Shown here: piece by piece, positions 10,086-19,028 of the stretch
Numbering within the stretch: position 1 is the first letter of the stretch
Layout: every line of letters starts with the position of its first letter
Source: Gammaproteobacteria bacterium
Lineage (GTDB): Bacteria; Pseudomonadota; Gammaproteobacteria; Pseudomonadales; Pseudomonadaceae
DNA length: 36,189 nt
Reading direction: 5' to 3'
Assembly: GCA_012513235.1 (NCBI GenBank)
Contig: JAAZCO010000347.1
Location: forward strand, 1 to 36,189
Notes under the pieces: generated by a model
Told to the model about the DNA's origin: nothing
Database searches by the model: none
What the model saw: only the letters and a program-made list of their open reading frames with translations
Program-made: the position numbers and the translations under genes

Positions 10086-11393
10086 ATGGGCAAACATACT
10101 GGCGGCAGTTCGCTTGGATGGCGCATCCATGGGTTTCTGGCACTTCTAGTGGTGACTTACGCTGGAAGTTTTATGGGCCGTCAGATCATGTCTGTAATGA
10201 TCGAGCCAATCAAACAAGAGTTCCATGTCAGCGATGCTGCCATGGGCTTGATCTCAGGCTTAGCCTTCGCCGTGGTCTACGCTTTCCTAGGGCTGCCTGC
10301 CGGACGTTTATCCGATCGTCATACCCGCACACGAGTGCTGGCCATCAGCCTAGGTCTCTGGGCTTTTGCAACCTTGTTGTGCGGTTTTGCGATGAGCTTT
10401 TGGATGTTGATCTTTGCGCGGATGCTGGTTGCAGCAGCAGAAGCCCCAGTCACGCCCACATCCTTATCGCTGATTTCTGATCTCTACCCTCCGCACCGCC
10501 GCTCTTTAGCGATCAGCTTTTTTACGGGTGCACCGACTATTTCCAGTATTCTGGGCCTGAGTATCGGCGCTTGGATTATTGATAGCTACGGCTGGCGTAC
10601 GGGCTTTTATGCCATTGGTACGCCATTGATTTTGTTCTCACTGATCTTCTCACTCTTTGTTAAAGAACCGACTCGCGGCCAGTGGGATACCGGTGGCAGT
10701 ACTGAGCCACCCAGAGAAGGCTTGATGCAAGCTGCGCTTAAACTACTGCGCAACAAAGCCTGCTTTATGCTGATTGGCGCCAGTGCGATCACCACCTTCA
10801 GCGCGTTCTCTTTTGCCATGTGGAACACCTCTTTCTTGGTGCGCTCACACGAACTGTCTTTGCAACACGCTGGTATTTTAGCCGGTGTTGTCACCGGTAT
10901 TGCCGCCGCCATTGGCAGTATCTTTAGCGGCTGGTTAACCGACCGACTCAGCGCTCACAACCGCGCTTGGTTGGTACGCATTCCGATTATTGGCCACTGT
11001 ATTGCGACCTTAGCTATGGTGGCGTACTTCCTCACGCCTGCGGGTATCGCTTTTGAAGTGGCTAGCGTGCCCGTGCCTACGGCCATGATTTGGTGTGCGA
11101 TTGCCGGCTTCTTTACCGTGTTCTGGGTCGCACCATCCTTTAACTTATTATCGCAACTGGTCACTCAGTGGCAACGCGCCACAGTGTTCGCTTTACAGAC
11201 CGTGTTTACCACCTTGTGCGGTGTTGGTTTAGGCCCTTTAGTTACTGGCGCGATCAGTGATGCGTTGATCCCCCATACCGGCGAAGAATCCTTACGCTAT
11301 GCGCTGATCATCGTCAGTATCACGGTGATTGTTCCGGTATTGATGCTGTGGACGCTACTACGCAGTAAGCCTTGGCTGCAAAAAACACAGTGA
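10086..11393 (+). CDS. MFS transporter (spinster-like)
   Basis: 435 aa with about 12 hydrophobic segments, motif A GRLSDRHTRTR, and ISDLYPPHRRS. Confidence 0.88.
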   Translation: MGKHTGGSSLGWRIHGFLALLVVTYAGSFMGRQIMSVMIEPIKQEFHVSDAAMGLISGLAFAVVYAFLGLPAGRLSDRHTRTRVLAISLGLWAFATLLCGFAMSFWMLIFARMLVAAAEAPVTPTSLSLISDLYPPHRRSLAISFFTGAPTISSILGLSIGAWIIDSYGWRTGFYAIGTPLILFSLIFSLFVKEPTRGQWDTGGSTEPPREGLMQAALKLLRNKACFMLIGASAITTFSAFSFAMWNTSFLVRSHELSLQHAGILAGVVTGIAAAIGSIFSGWLTDRLSAHNRAWLVRIPIIGHCIATLAMVAYFLTPAGIAFEVASVPVPTAMIWCAIAGFFTVFWVAPSFNLLSQLVTQWQRATVFALQTVFTTLCGVGLGPLVTGAISDALIPHTGEESLRYALIIVSITVIVPVLMLWTLLRSKPWLQKTQ

Positions 11394-11418
11394 GGCAATA
11401 GCTCACATACGCACACAT

Positions 11419-11460
11419 TAATCTAAACAGACGATGCCAGCCGCTTGACCGACCTAGACT
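11419..11460 (+). promoter_or_regulatory. Conserved 18-bp box plus putative -10 (TAGACT)
   Basis: TAATCTAAACAGACGATG (11419-11436), an 18-nt spacer, then TAGACT (11455-11460). The box is 75 bp upstream of the MFS start. Confidence 0.65.
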
Positions 11461-11510
11461 CTAAGCCATAGTTACGCATTTTAATAACAATAAGCTCAGA
11501 GCACATAATT

Positions 11511-12836
11511 ATGAATAACTCGCACGATGCAGTGGCTCAACCCACTGCAGGTCAAACGGCAAACAACTCACCTCATACCCAAGCCTACGTACACATCTAC
11601 CCCGACCAGCGCCAAGCTTGGATCGTGGTTGCGGCCATGGCGGCCACCATGTGTATTTTATTTGGTACAACCATCAGCTCGTTCGGGGTATTTATCCCGG
11701 CACTCACCCAAACCTTTACCTCCACTAACGAACAAACAGCCAACGTTGCTACAGCCTTTATGGTGGCTATGACTTTAGCCATGCCTTTAGCCGGCTGGCT
11801 GCTGGATCGCATTGGACCGCGCACCGTAATGTCAGCCGGTGCGCTACTGATGGGTGCAGGTTATTTAATGGCTTCCGTTAGTCACGATATTAATACAGTG
11901 ACTTTGGCCATGGCACTGAGTGGTATCGGCGTAGGTGCATCCACCTATATCCCTGCGATTGCTTTAGTGATGCGCTGGGTTGAACTTAAACGTCAAGGGC
12001 TGGCTTTAGGTGTACTGCTCTCAGGCGGCTCAATCGGCACGATGATTTTCCCGATCTTGCTCACTTATATGACGGAACTGCATGGCTGGCGTTTTGCGAT
12101 GCAAACCATTGCTGCCATCACTCTACTGCTCTGTGTGCCTTTATTACTGTGGCTGGCACGCCTACCAAGCAAAACCTTAACCGGTACGGACGGCCAGCAC
12201 AGTGTGCAGCAACTGGCAGGCGTCTCCATCCTCAAAGCATTGCGCTTACCACGTTACTGGCTGTGGATTGCACTGCAAGTACTGATGTCGTTTAGCACCC
12301 TAGGTATCGTGGTTAATATGATTCCTTACCTGGTATCTGTCGGCTACAGCCAACAAGAAGCCGCCACACTGTTTGCCTTAAAAAGCGCAGTAGGCTTGGG
12401 TGGTAGTTTCTTGTTTGGTATTTTAAGCAGTCGCTGGAATATCAAACCCATCTTGATGATCGGTATGGCAATCGGCGGCTTTAGTGTTTTTACTTTACTG
12501 CTGGCCAATGATCCAACTTTCGGCTTTAGCGCAGTGCTGTTTTTCACCATTGCTTGGGGTGCCACCTTTAATCTGGTCAATCAGTTATCACCCATTTTGA
12601 TGGAGGAAACAGTTGGCCAACGCAATTTTGGCGCATTACTTGGTATTGGTAATTTAATTGGTGGCTTAGCTGGGGCTTTCAGCCCGAAGATGGTTGGCTA
12701 CCTACTCGATACTACAGGCACCTATTCCCTTGCGCTGATTCTATGCGCGGCCTGCATGCTCGCTGCCGTCATTCCCATCGCGCTACAGCGCACAGGTCTT
12801 GCCGTCAGCGCTAAGGACTCAGCAAAGTCCGCATAA
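11511..12836 (+). CDS. MFS transporter (oxalate:formate antiporter / monocarboxylate-porter-like)
   Basis: 441 aa with about 12 TM segments and motif A GWLLDRIGPR. Confidence 0.88.
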   Translation: MNNSHDAVAQPTAGQTANNSPHTQAYVHIYPDQRQAWIVVAAMAATMCILFGTTISSFGVFIPALTQTFTSTNEQTANVATAFMVAMTLAMPLAGWLLDRIGPRTVMSAGALLMGAGYLMASVSHDINTVTLAMALSGIGVGASTYIPAIALVMRWVELKRQGLALGVLLSGGSIGTMIFPILLTYMTELHGWRFAMQTIAAITLLLCVPLLLWLARLPSKTLTGTDGQHSVQQLAGVSILKALRLPRYWLWIALQVLMSFSTLGIVVNMIPYLVSVGYSQQEAATLFALKSAVGLGGSFLFGILSSRWNIKPILMIGMAIGGFSVFTLLLANDPTFGFSAVLFFTIAWGATFNLVNQLSPILMEETVGQRNFGALLGIGNLIGGLAGAFSPKMVGYLLDTTGTYSLALILCAACMLAAVIPIALQRTGLAVSAKDSAKSA

Positions 12837-12855
12837 CTAAAATGTAAGCCTGCAA

Positions 12856-12900
12856 TAAAAAGCTGAGCGACGCTCTTGATCAGAGATGCTCAGCTTTTTA
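12856..12900. terminator. Bidirectional Rho-independent terminator between convergent genes
   Basis: TAAAAAGCTGAGC (12856-12868) / GCTCAGCTTTTTA (12888-12900), with A and T tracts on the two sides. Confidence 0.75.
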
Positions 12901-12910
12901 CCATTCACTC

Positions 12911-12977
12911 GGTCAGTTGGTCAGTTGGTCAGTTGGTCAGTTGGTCAGTTGGTCAGTTGGTCAGTTGGTCAGTTGGT
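12911..12977. repeat. Perfect 8-bp tandem repeat (GGTCAGTT)x8 + GGT
   Basis: Directly visible and counted; intergenic between convergent genes. Confidence 0.97.
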
Positions 12978-13030
12978 GCAGCATCGATCAAGATCAGCTT
13001 GAAGCAACCCTGTGTGACTGGGTCAACTGC

Positions 13031-14797
13031 TTAGAAAGGCCACACTAGCGGAATCAGAATCACCGATACCGCACCTGCAATCAGACTCAGCGGTATCCCA
13101 AGCTTAGCGTAATCAGCAAAGCGATAGCGCCCGGGGCCATAGACCATCAAATTGGTTTGATAACCGAGTGGCGTGATAAAGGATGCCGAAGCGGCAAACA
13201 TCACTGCAATCGCAAAAGGCAGCACGCTCACGCCCAATTGCTCAGCTACGGCAGCGGCAATCGGAAACATCAGTACTGCCGCAGCATTATTAGTGATCAC
13301 CTCGGTAAACGTGGCTGTTAACGCGTAGACAATCAACAACGCCAGCCAAGGTGACAACACCCCACCGCCCAATAGGCTTTCAGCGATCCAAGCGGATGCT
13401 CCTGTCACAATCATGGCATTGCCCAGCGCAAAGGATGCAGCAATCACAATCAGCACCGGCAAATCAATACTGCCACGCGCACGACTCGCAGTAATACAGC
13501 CGCTGGCAATCATCGCCCCCGCAGCCAGAAATCCAGCTTGCACAATGGGCAGTAAACCCGAGGCACTGACCAGCACCATGGCCGCCAAAATGCCCAATGC
13601 CCTTGGCGCTTTGTGAAAGTCAGGCGGAGCGGAATCATTCAGCGCACTGACCAATAAAAAGTCACGGCGAAAGCGGTACTGCTCAACAAATTGCTGACTG
13701 GCTTCCAACAATAAGGTATCGCCAATACGAAAAGTCGCGTCGCCTAACTTGCCTGAGAACCGCTTACCTTCACGCGACAATGAGAAAATAACCGCATTAA
13801 AACGCGTCCGAAAACGGCTGTCGCGAATCGTGCGACCTAAGGACGGAAACTCAGGCCCCACCACCACTTCAACCAAGCAGCGCTGATGATTGGCCACATC
13901 CAGCTTATGTATATTGCCACTGGCGGGGCGCAGACCTTGGATGCGGCGCAGTTCACTGGCGCATTCAGGTGCGCCAATAAAATATAAAAAATCACCACCC
14001 TCAAGCACACGATCAGGCTCAACGGCGGTAATTAAACGGCCGTCTCGAGCAATCTCCGCCAAATACCCAAAGCTCAGCGCACGCAGTCCCGCCTCAGTAA
14101 TGGTTTTACCCACCAAGGGCCCGCCCGCCATCACCTCGATCTCAACGCCATACTCACGGACTTGGTCCAATTGCTCACTCACGCCACCACGATCCGGCAA
14201 GAGTCGCGAGCCAAACATCACTAAAAAACCGCCACCAATCAGCAGCAATGGCACACCCACCCACGCCACTTCAAATAACCCAAGATGCACCCCTAGCTTG
14301 GTCTGCAGCATGCCGTCAATCACTAGATTGGTACTGGTACCAATCAAGGTGCAAGTACCACCTAAAATGGCGGCATAACTCAAGGGCAATAGCAATTTAG
14401 AGGCAGGGATATTGAGGCGCTGCGCCCAATCTTGCACAGCAGGAATAAACATCGCGACAACTGCAGTGTTATTCATAAAAGCGCTGAGGATACCAGTGGG
14501 TGCCACCATGCGCAGTTGCGCACCGCGGGCGGTTTTCGGATGCCCAAGTAAGCGCCGCGCAATCCACTGCACCGCGCCCGTTTCTTTTAAGCCTGCAGCC
14601 ACCACGTACAAGGTGGCAATGGTGATCACCCCAGGATTGGCAAAGCCGGCAAAAGCATGCGCGGGAGTTAAAACACCTATGACTAATAGAAAAGCCATCG
14701 CCGCCACCAACACCAGATCAGCTTGGTAACGAGTGAACATCAGCGTGGACAAAACCGAGAGGAGTGTGACTACAGTTAGAATGCCTTCCCATCCCAT
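13031..14797 (-). CDS. SLC13/DASS family permease with TrkA-C domains (putative sulfate transporter)
   Basis: The likely start is ATG 14797 (RBS AGGAG), not 14899. Motifs SAFMNNTAVVA, LGGTCTLIGTSTNL, two central soluble TrkA-C-like repeats, ITNNAAAVL and TPLGYQTNLMVYGPG. Confidence 0.88.
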   Translation of the reverse strand: MGWEGILTVVTLLSVLSTLMFTRYQADLVLVAAMAFLLVIGVLTPAHAFAGFANPGVITIATLYVVAAGLKETGAVQWIARRLLGHPKTARGAQLRMVAPTGILSAFMNNTAVVAMFIPAVQDWAQRLNIPASKLLLPLSYAAILGGTCTLIGTSTNLVIDGMLQTKLGVHLGLFEVAWVGVPLLLIGGGFLVMFGSRLLPDRGGVSEQLDQVREYGVEIEVMAGGPLVGKTITEAGLRALSFGYLAEIARDGRLITAVEPDRVLEGGDFLYFIGAPECASELRRIQGLRPASGNIHKLDVANHQRCLVEVVVGPEFPSLGRTIRDSRFRTRFNAVIFSLSREGKRFSGKLGDATFRIGDTLLLEASQQFVEQYRFRRDFLLVSALNDSAPPDFHKAPRALGILAAMVLVSASGLLPIVQAGFLAAGAMIASGCITASRARGSIDLPVLIVIAASFALGNAMIVTGASAWIAESLLGGGVLSPWLALLIVYALTATFTEVITNNAAAVLMFPIAAAVAEQLGVSVLPFAIAVMFAASASFITPLGYQTNLMVYGPGRYRFADYAKLGIPLSLIAGAVSVILIPLVWPF

Positions 14798-14868
14798 AAT
14801 ATGCAGTACTCCTAGCAAACACAGTCGATCCGACGATGCTCTAGCATTCAAGCTACCGCAGCGCCGTG

Positions 14869-14886
14869 CATCGTCCAAACAGACCA
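14869..14886 (-). promoter_or_regulatory. Conserved 18-bp upstream box
   Basis: Minus strand TGGTCTGTTTGGACGATG, 72 bp upstream of the SLC13 start. Confidence 0.65.
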
Positions 14887-14917
14887 AACTCAAACCCATT
14901 AGGCTAGCTCAAAAAAA

Positions 14918-14935
14918 TAGTCTAAATAGACGATG
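14918..14935 (+). promoter_or_regulatory. Conserved 18-bp upstream box
   Basis: TAGTCTAAATAGACGATG, 63 bp upstream of the GTG start of the MFS gene. Confidence 0.65.
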
Positions 14936-14997
14936 TGGCGCACCCCTACGCAGCCAACTATGCAACAACTATAAAAACAAAAATGGAGCATCGCCCT

Positions 14998-16329
14998 GTG
15001 AATTCTCAACCCGCTGTAACCTGGCGCAGCCACTATGCGCTAGGGATGTTAGCCCTGATTTACATCTTTAATTACATCGACCGCCTGCTGGTATCTATTT
15101 TGGTTGAGCCTATTAAGCTGGAGTTTGGCGTCTCTGACACCATGATTGGTATGCTATCTGGGGTAGCCTTTGCCATATTTTACACCGCCTTTGGCTTACC
15201 ACTGGGTCGTCTTTCAGACCGCATCGGACGCAAGCCAGTCATTGCCGCAGCCTGTGTAGCGTGGAGCATCATGACCATGCTCTGCGGTATCGCCACCAGC
15301 TTTACCATGCTGCTGTTGTTTCGTATCGGCGTGGCGATTGGCGAAGCGGGCGGCTCTGCGCCATCACTGGCGATGGTATCGCAACTCTACCCTGCTCGAC
15401 TGCGCTCACGAGCGTTAGCAGTATTTTTAATGGGACCAGCAATCGGCTCTGTTGTCGGTCTGGGCTTAGGCGGCTGGATTGCTGAAATGTACGGCTGGCG
15501 CTGGGCATTTATTATCATCGGTGCGCCCGGAGTAGCGTTGGGGGTTATTCTTGCTCTGACAGTCACTGAAACAAAAATACCTGACTCACCCAGTGCAAAC
15601 AATACCCCCTCACCTGCTGAAAAATTTATCGAGACATTCAAGCAATTGCTACGCACGCCAGCTTATGGCTGGATCGTGGGAGCCGCTAGCATTGCCACGG
15701 CATCAGGCTTTGCCGTGGGCACTTGGACACCCAGCTTTCTAATGCGCACTCACGCTCTTAGCATCCAAGAAGCAGGGTTACTGATGGGGGTTGCCGGCGG
15801 CCTCACCTCTGCAGTCGGGACAATTTTCTGCGGCGTGGTAACGGATCGTTTAGTACGCCGTAACGCTGGTTGGCAACTTAGAACAGCTCTTATTGGCATA
15901 GCAATATGCATACCTTTTGGCATGTTATTTTATCTATGGCCCAGCGGTACGGCATTTTATCTAGGCAGCATGGCGATACCTACTGCATTTTTCTTCTATT
16001 TAGGTTTTGCCTTTTTTGCGACATGGTGGACGGTTCCTTTATTTGGTTCGCTCAGCTATTTATTTCCAACCCGTCAATTAGCGCAAGCCACAGCCTTATT
16101 ATTTATGGGCACGACCTTACTGGGCGTGGGGCTGGGCCCTTTGCTGGTCGGCATGATGAGTGATTTCTTCAACGCCAGCATGGGTAACCGAGGCTTAGGC
16201 TATGCACTGGCTATTTGTATTGGCCTGCTATCTTTAACCTGTTTATGCCTCTTTATAGCCATCCCGCGCTACCGCAAACAGCTTGAAAACAACCCCATAC
16301 AAAACTATGCAGCCACACCTGAAATGTGA
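14998..16329 (+). CDS. MFS transporter (spinster-like)
   Basis: Start is probably GTG 14998 (GGAG upstream); ATG 14983 is the alternative. Motifs NYIDRLL and GRLSDRIGRK, about 12 TM segments. Paralogous in character to 10086-11393. Confidence 0.88.
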   Translation: MNSQPAVTWRSHYALGMLALIYIFNYIDRLLVSILVEPIKLEFGVSDTMIGMLSGVAFAIFYTAFGLPLGRLSDRIGRKPVIAAACVAWSIMTMLCGIATSFTMLLLFRIGVAIGEAGGSAPSLAMVSQLYPARLRSRALAVFLMGPAIGSVVGLGLGGWIAEMYGWRWAFIIIGAPGVALGVILALTVTETKIPDSPSANNTPSPAEKFIETFKQLLRTPAYGWIVGAASIATASGFAVGTWTPSFLMRTHALSIQEAGLLMGVAGGLTSAVGTIFCGVVTDRLVRRNAGWQLRTALIGIAICIPFGMLFYLWPSGTAFYLGSMAIPTAFFFYLGFAFFATWWTVPLFGSLSYLFPTRQLAQATALLFMGTTLLGVGLGPLLVGMMSDFFNASMGNRGLGYALAICIGLLSLTCLCLFIAIPRYRKQLENNPIQNYAATPEM

Positions 16330-16338
16330 GCAAAACCC

Positions 16339-16383
16339 TAGTCCAATCAAACGATGTCGGCTAGCAATAGCCGACCCTAGACT
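16339..16383 (+). promoter_or_regulatory. Conserved 18-bp box, 20-bp palindrome and putative -10 upstream of the F420 operon
   Basis: TAGTCCAATCAAACGATG (16339-16356), GTCGGCTA-gcaa-TAGCCGAC (16356-16375), TAGACT (16378-16383). Confidence 0.6.
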
Positions 16384-16424
16384 CGAATCAACAATTACAA
16401 CAATAACTCACCCTCCGGGAGAAT

Positions 16425-17114
16425 ATGGACATGGCGGCAACGAAAGTAGGCACCATCTGTGTTATCGGCGGCACTGGTAACTTAGGTGCAGCGCTAGCAA
16501 AACGCTGGGCTGTAGCTGGCCACAACGTATTAATTGGCTCCCGAGAAGCGAGTAAAGCTGAAGAGAAAGCCACTCAGCTCAACGCCGCGCACGGCACTAA
16601 CATTCAAGGCCATGACAATGTCAGCGTGGCTGAGCACGCCGATCTAATCGTTCTGGCCGTTCCTTTCTCTTCACAAGCAAGCATCCTTAACGAGATTAAA
16701 GCTGCGGTACAAGGCAAGATCGTGGTTGATACCACAGTGCCACTCAAACCACCCAAAGTGATGCGCGTACAGCTGCCTGAGGAAGGTAGCGCTGCAGTCA
16801 TTGCTCAGCAACTCTTAGGCGACGATGTCCGCGTAGTGTCTTCATTTCATAACGTTGCAGCCCATAAACTGGCCACCGATGCTGAAATACAATGCGATGC
16901 CTTAGTCTTTGGTGATGATAAAGACGCACGCCAATTAGTCGTTAATCTCGCTAATGATGCGGGTTTGCGCGGATTACATGCTGGCGTACTGGGTAACTCC
17001 GCTGCCGCCGAAGCCATGACCTCTATTCTGATCTTTATGAATCGCCACTACGCCGTAGACGGTGCTGGCATTCAGATCACTGGCACGCTGGATATAAGCT
17101 GCCACGACGCTTAA
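16425..17114 (+). CDS. npdG: NADPH-dependent F420 reductase (F420H2:NADP+ oxidoreductase, Fno/NpdG)
   Basis: Motifs IGGTGNLG, IGSR, LAVPF, VVDTTVPL, EGSAA and SSFHNVAA. RBS spacing suggests the real start may be ATG 16431. Confidence 0.92.
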   Translation: MDMAATKVGTICVIGGTGNLGAALAKRWAVAGHNVLIGSREASKAEEKATQLNAAHGTNIQGHDNVSVAEHADLIVLAVPFSSQASILNEIKAAVQGKIVVDTTVPLKPPKVMRVQLPEEGSAAVIAQQLLGDDVRVVSSFHNVAAHKLATDAEIQCDALVFGDDKDARQLVVNLANDAGLRGLHAGVLGNSAAAEAMTSILIFMNRHYAVDGAGIQITGTLDISCHDA

Positions 17115-17124
17115 GGAGAACCCA

Positions 17125-17892
17125 ATGCTTGATGGAGTTCAATTACGGGCTCTGCCCGGCATTGCAGAAATCCAACCGGGCGACGATCTCGCCGCCATCA
17201 TCCGTCAATCTCTAACCGACCACAACCAGCCACTTGCCGATAACAGCGTGCTGGTTGTGGCGCAAAAAATCGTTTCTAAAGCTGAAGGCCGTTTAGTGCG
17301 ACTGTGCGATGTATCACCCTCTGCGCGCGCAGTCGAACTATCTGAGATCACCAAAAAAGATCCACGCTTGGTCGAGCTGGTTCTCAGCGAATCCACCGCT
17401 ATTCTACGCGCCGTACCGGGTGTGATGATCGTGCGCCACCGCCTTGGCTACATTATGGCCAATGCCGGCATTGATCAGTCCAACCTGCCCGGTAATGTGG
17501 ATGGCGAGCAGGCGTTATTACTGCCCATCGACCCACACCAATCAGCACACAACTTACGTCTGGCACTGACCACTCAAAGCGGTGCGCACCCTGGGGTGAT
17601 TATCAGCGACAGTTTTGGCCGCCCTTGGCGCAACGGTGTGGTCAATGTGGCCCTAGCCTGCTCAGGTATTCCCGCTTTAATTGATCAAAGCAGCCAACCC
17701 GATCGCCATGGCAGAATTTTACAGCACACTGTCATCGCTTACGCTGATGCGATTGCCGCCGGTGCAGCATTGGTGATGGGTGAAAGCGCTGAAGGGACAC
17801 CAGTCGCAATAGTTACCGGCCTGCACTCAACTGCACCCATTAACGACGCCAACGCCATTATTAGACCCTTAGAATCGGACCTCTTTCAATGA
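17125..17892 (+). CDS. cofE: Coenzyme F420-0:L-glutamate ligase (stand-alone CofE, no nitroreductase domain)
   Basis: 255 aa with EIQPGDDL, QKIVSKAEGR, ANAGIDQSN, ISDSFGRPWRNG and MGESAEGTP. Confidence 0.95.
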   Translation: MLDGVQLRALPGIAEIQPGDDLAAIIRQSLTDHNQPLADNSVLVVAQKIVSKAEGRLVRLCDVSPSARAVELSEITKKDPRLVELVLSESTAILRAVPGVMIVRHRLGYIMANAGIDQSNLPGNVDGEQALLLPIDPHQSAHNLRLALTTQSGAHPGVIISDSFGRPWRNGVVNVALACSGIPALIDQSSQPDRHGRILQHTVIAYADAIAAGAALVMGESAEGTPVAIVTGLHSTAPINDANAIIRPLESDLFQ

Positions 17893-18839
17893 ACAAGCAA
17901 CGTATTATCGCCCTCACAGGCGGTGTCGGCGGTGCCAAACTCGCCGACGGCTTGATGCGCGCAGCAAACGCAATCGACCTCACACTAGTGGTCAACACCG
18001 GTGATGATTTTAATCATTTAGGCCTGCATATCTCGCCCGATATCGACACTGCGCTATATACCCTGTCAGAGGAGGTTAACCCTGAAACCGGCTGGGGACG
18101 GCGCGATGAAAGCTGGTCATTTATGCAAGCGTTAAAACAGTTCAGCGCAGACACTTGGTTTTTACTGGGCGATAAGGATCTCGCCACTCACGTGATCCGC
18201 ACACAACAACTGGCCACCGGCCAATCACTTAGCACGGTGACCCACGCGCTAGCAAAAAGCTTAGGCCTTGCGGTACAAGTGATCCCCATGAGCAATGATA
18301 CGGTGCGCACTTGGGTGCATACCGATATGGGTGAGTTGGAGTTTCAGCATTACTTTGTCCGTGAGCAATGCAAGCCCAAAGTGCAGCATATTGAGTTTCG
18401 CGGCGCAGCTGAGGCAGAGCCTGCCCCTGAAGTTGTACAGGCTCTGCAAGACCCCAATCTGGGTGCGATTATTTTATGCCCTTCCAACCCATACCTGAGT
18501 ATGGCACCCATCTTGGCCATACCCGGTATGCGCGAACAGTTACGTGCCGCAGGCGTACCGATTATTGCCGTTTCACCACTGGTGGGCGGGCAAGCGGTCA
18601 AAGGCCCTACCACCAAGATTATGCAAGAGCTTAAGCTGCCCGTCAGCGCGCTACAAATTGTTGCACACTACGCCGGGTTAATTGATGGTTTTGTCTTAGA
18701 CCAGCGTGACGCGCATTTAGCAGGCCAGATCAATATTCCGATTATTACCATCGATACATTCATGCAAACCGCAGAAGATCGAATTCGTGTCGCTGAAGAA
18801 ACTTTAGCCTTTGCCAGCACACTCAAACAGCACAAATAA
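17889..18839 (+). CDS. cofD: 2-phospho-L-lactate/PEP transferase CofD (FbiA)
   Basis: Motifs GGVGGAKL, VNTGDD, SPDIDT, WFLLGDKDLATH, FQHYFV, PSNPYLS and VKGP. ATGA overlap with cofE. Confidence 0.95.
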   Translation: MNKQRIIALTGGVGGAKLADGLMRAANAIDLTLVVNTGDDFNHLGLHISPDIDTALYTLSEEVNPETGWGRRDESWSFMQALKQFSADTWFLLGDKDLATHVIRTQQLATGQSLSTVTHALAKSLGLAVQVIPMSNDTVRTWVHTDMGELEFQHYFVREQCKPKVQHIEFRGAAEAEPAPEVVQALQDPNLGAIILCPSNPYLSMAPILAIPGMREQLRAAGVPIIAVSPLVGGQAVKGPTTKIMQELKLPVSALQIVAHYAGLIDGFVLDQRDAHLAGQINIPIITIDTFMQTAEDRIRVAEETLAFASTLKQHK

Positions 18840-18868
18840 GAAACTCAGCTTTCCCACCCTGCCAAAAC

Positions 18869-18967
18869 TGAGCTTTTTCAGTTTAACTGTTTAGACACCT
18901 TAACAATAACTCTAACTAATTGTTATCAAAGGACTTTTCAACAAAAAACTAAAACTGAAAAAGCTCA
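18869..18967. repeat. 99-bp AT-rich intergenic element bounded by perfect 16-bp inverted repeats
   Basis: TGAGCTTTTTCAGTTT (18869-18884) / AAACTGAAAAAGCTCA (18952-18967), with an inner IR TAACAAT (18901-18907) / ATTGTTA (18919-18925). Confidence 0.8.
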
Positions 18968-19028
18968 CAAAGCGAGTAGACCCACACACAACGAGTTGCT
19001 TGAATGAAGGCCAAGTTAGGAGCACGAC

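Noticed and set aside
12911-12977. CRISPR array, or a nuclear-receptor-like GGTCA steroid response element
   Set aside because: The units are 8 bp with no spacers and there are no cas genes. The GGTCA resemblance to eukaryotic hormone response half-sites has no mechanistic basis in bacteria.
14822-14838. Possible extra copy of the 18-bp box (CAGTCGATCCGACGATG)
   Set aside because: It is one base short between the half-sites and not at the 60-77 bp distance from a co-oriented start, so it was left out of the motif set.
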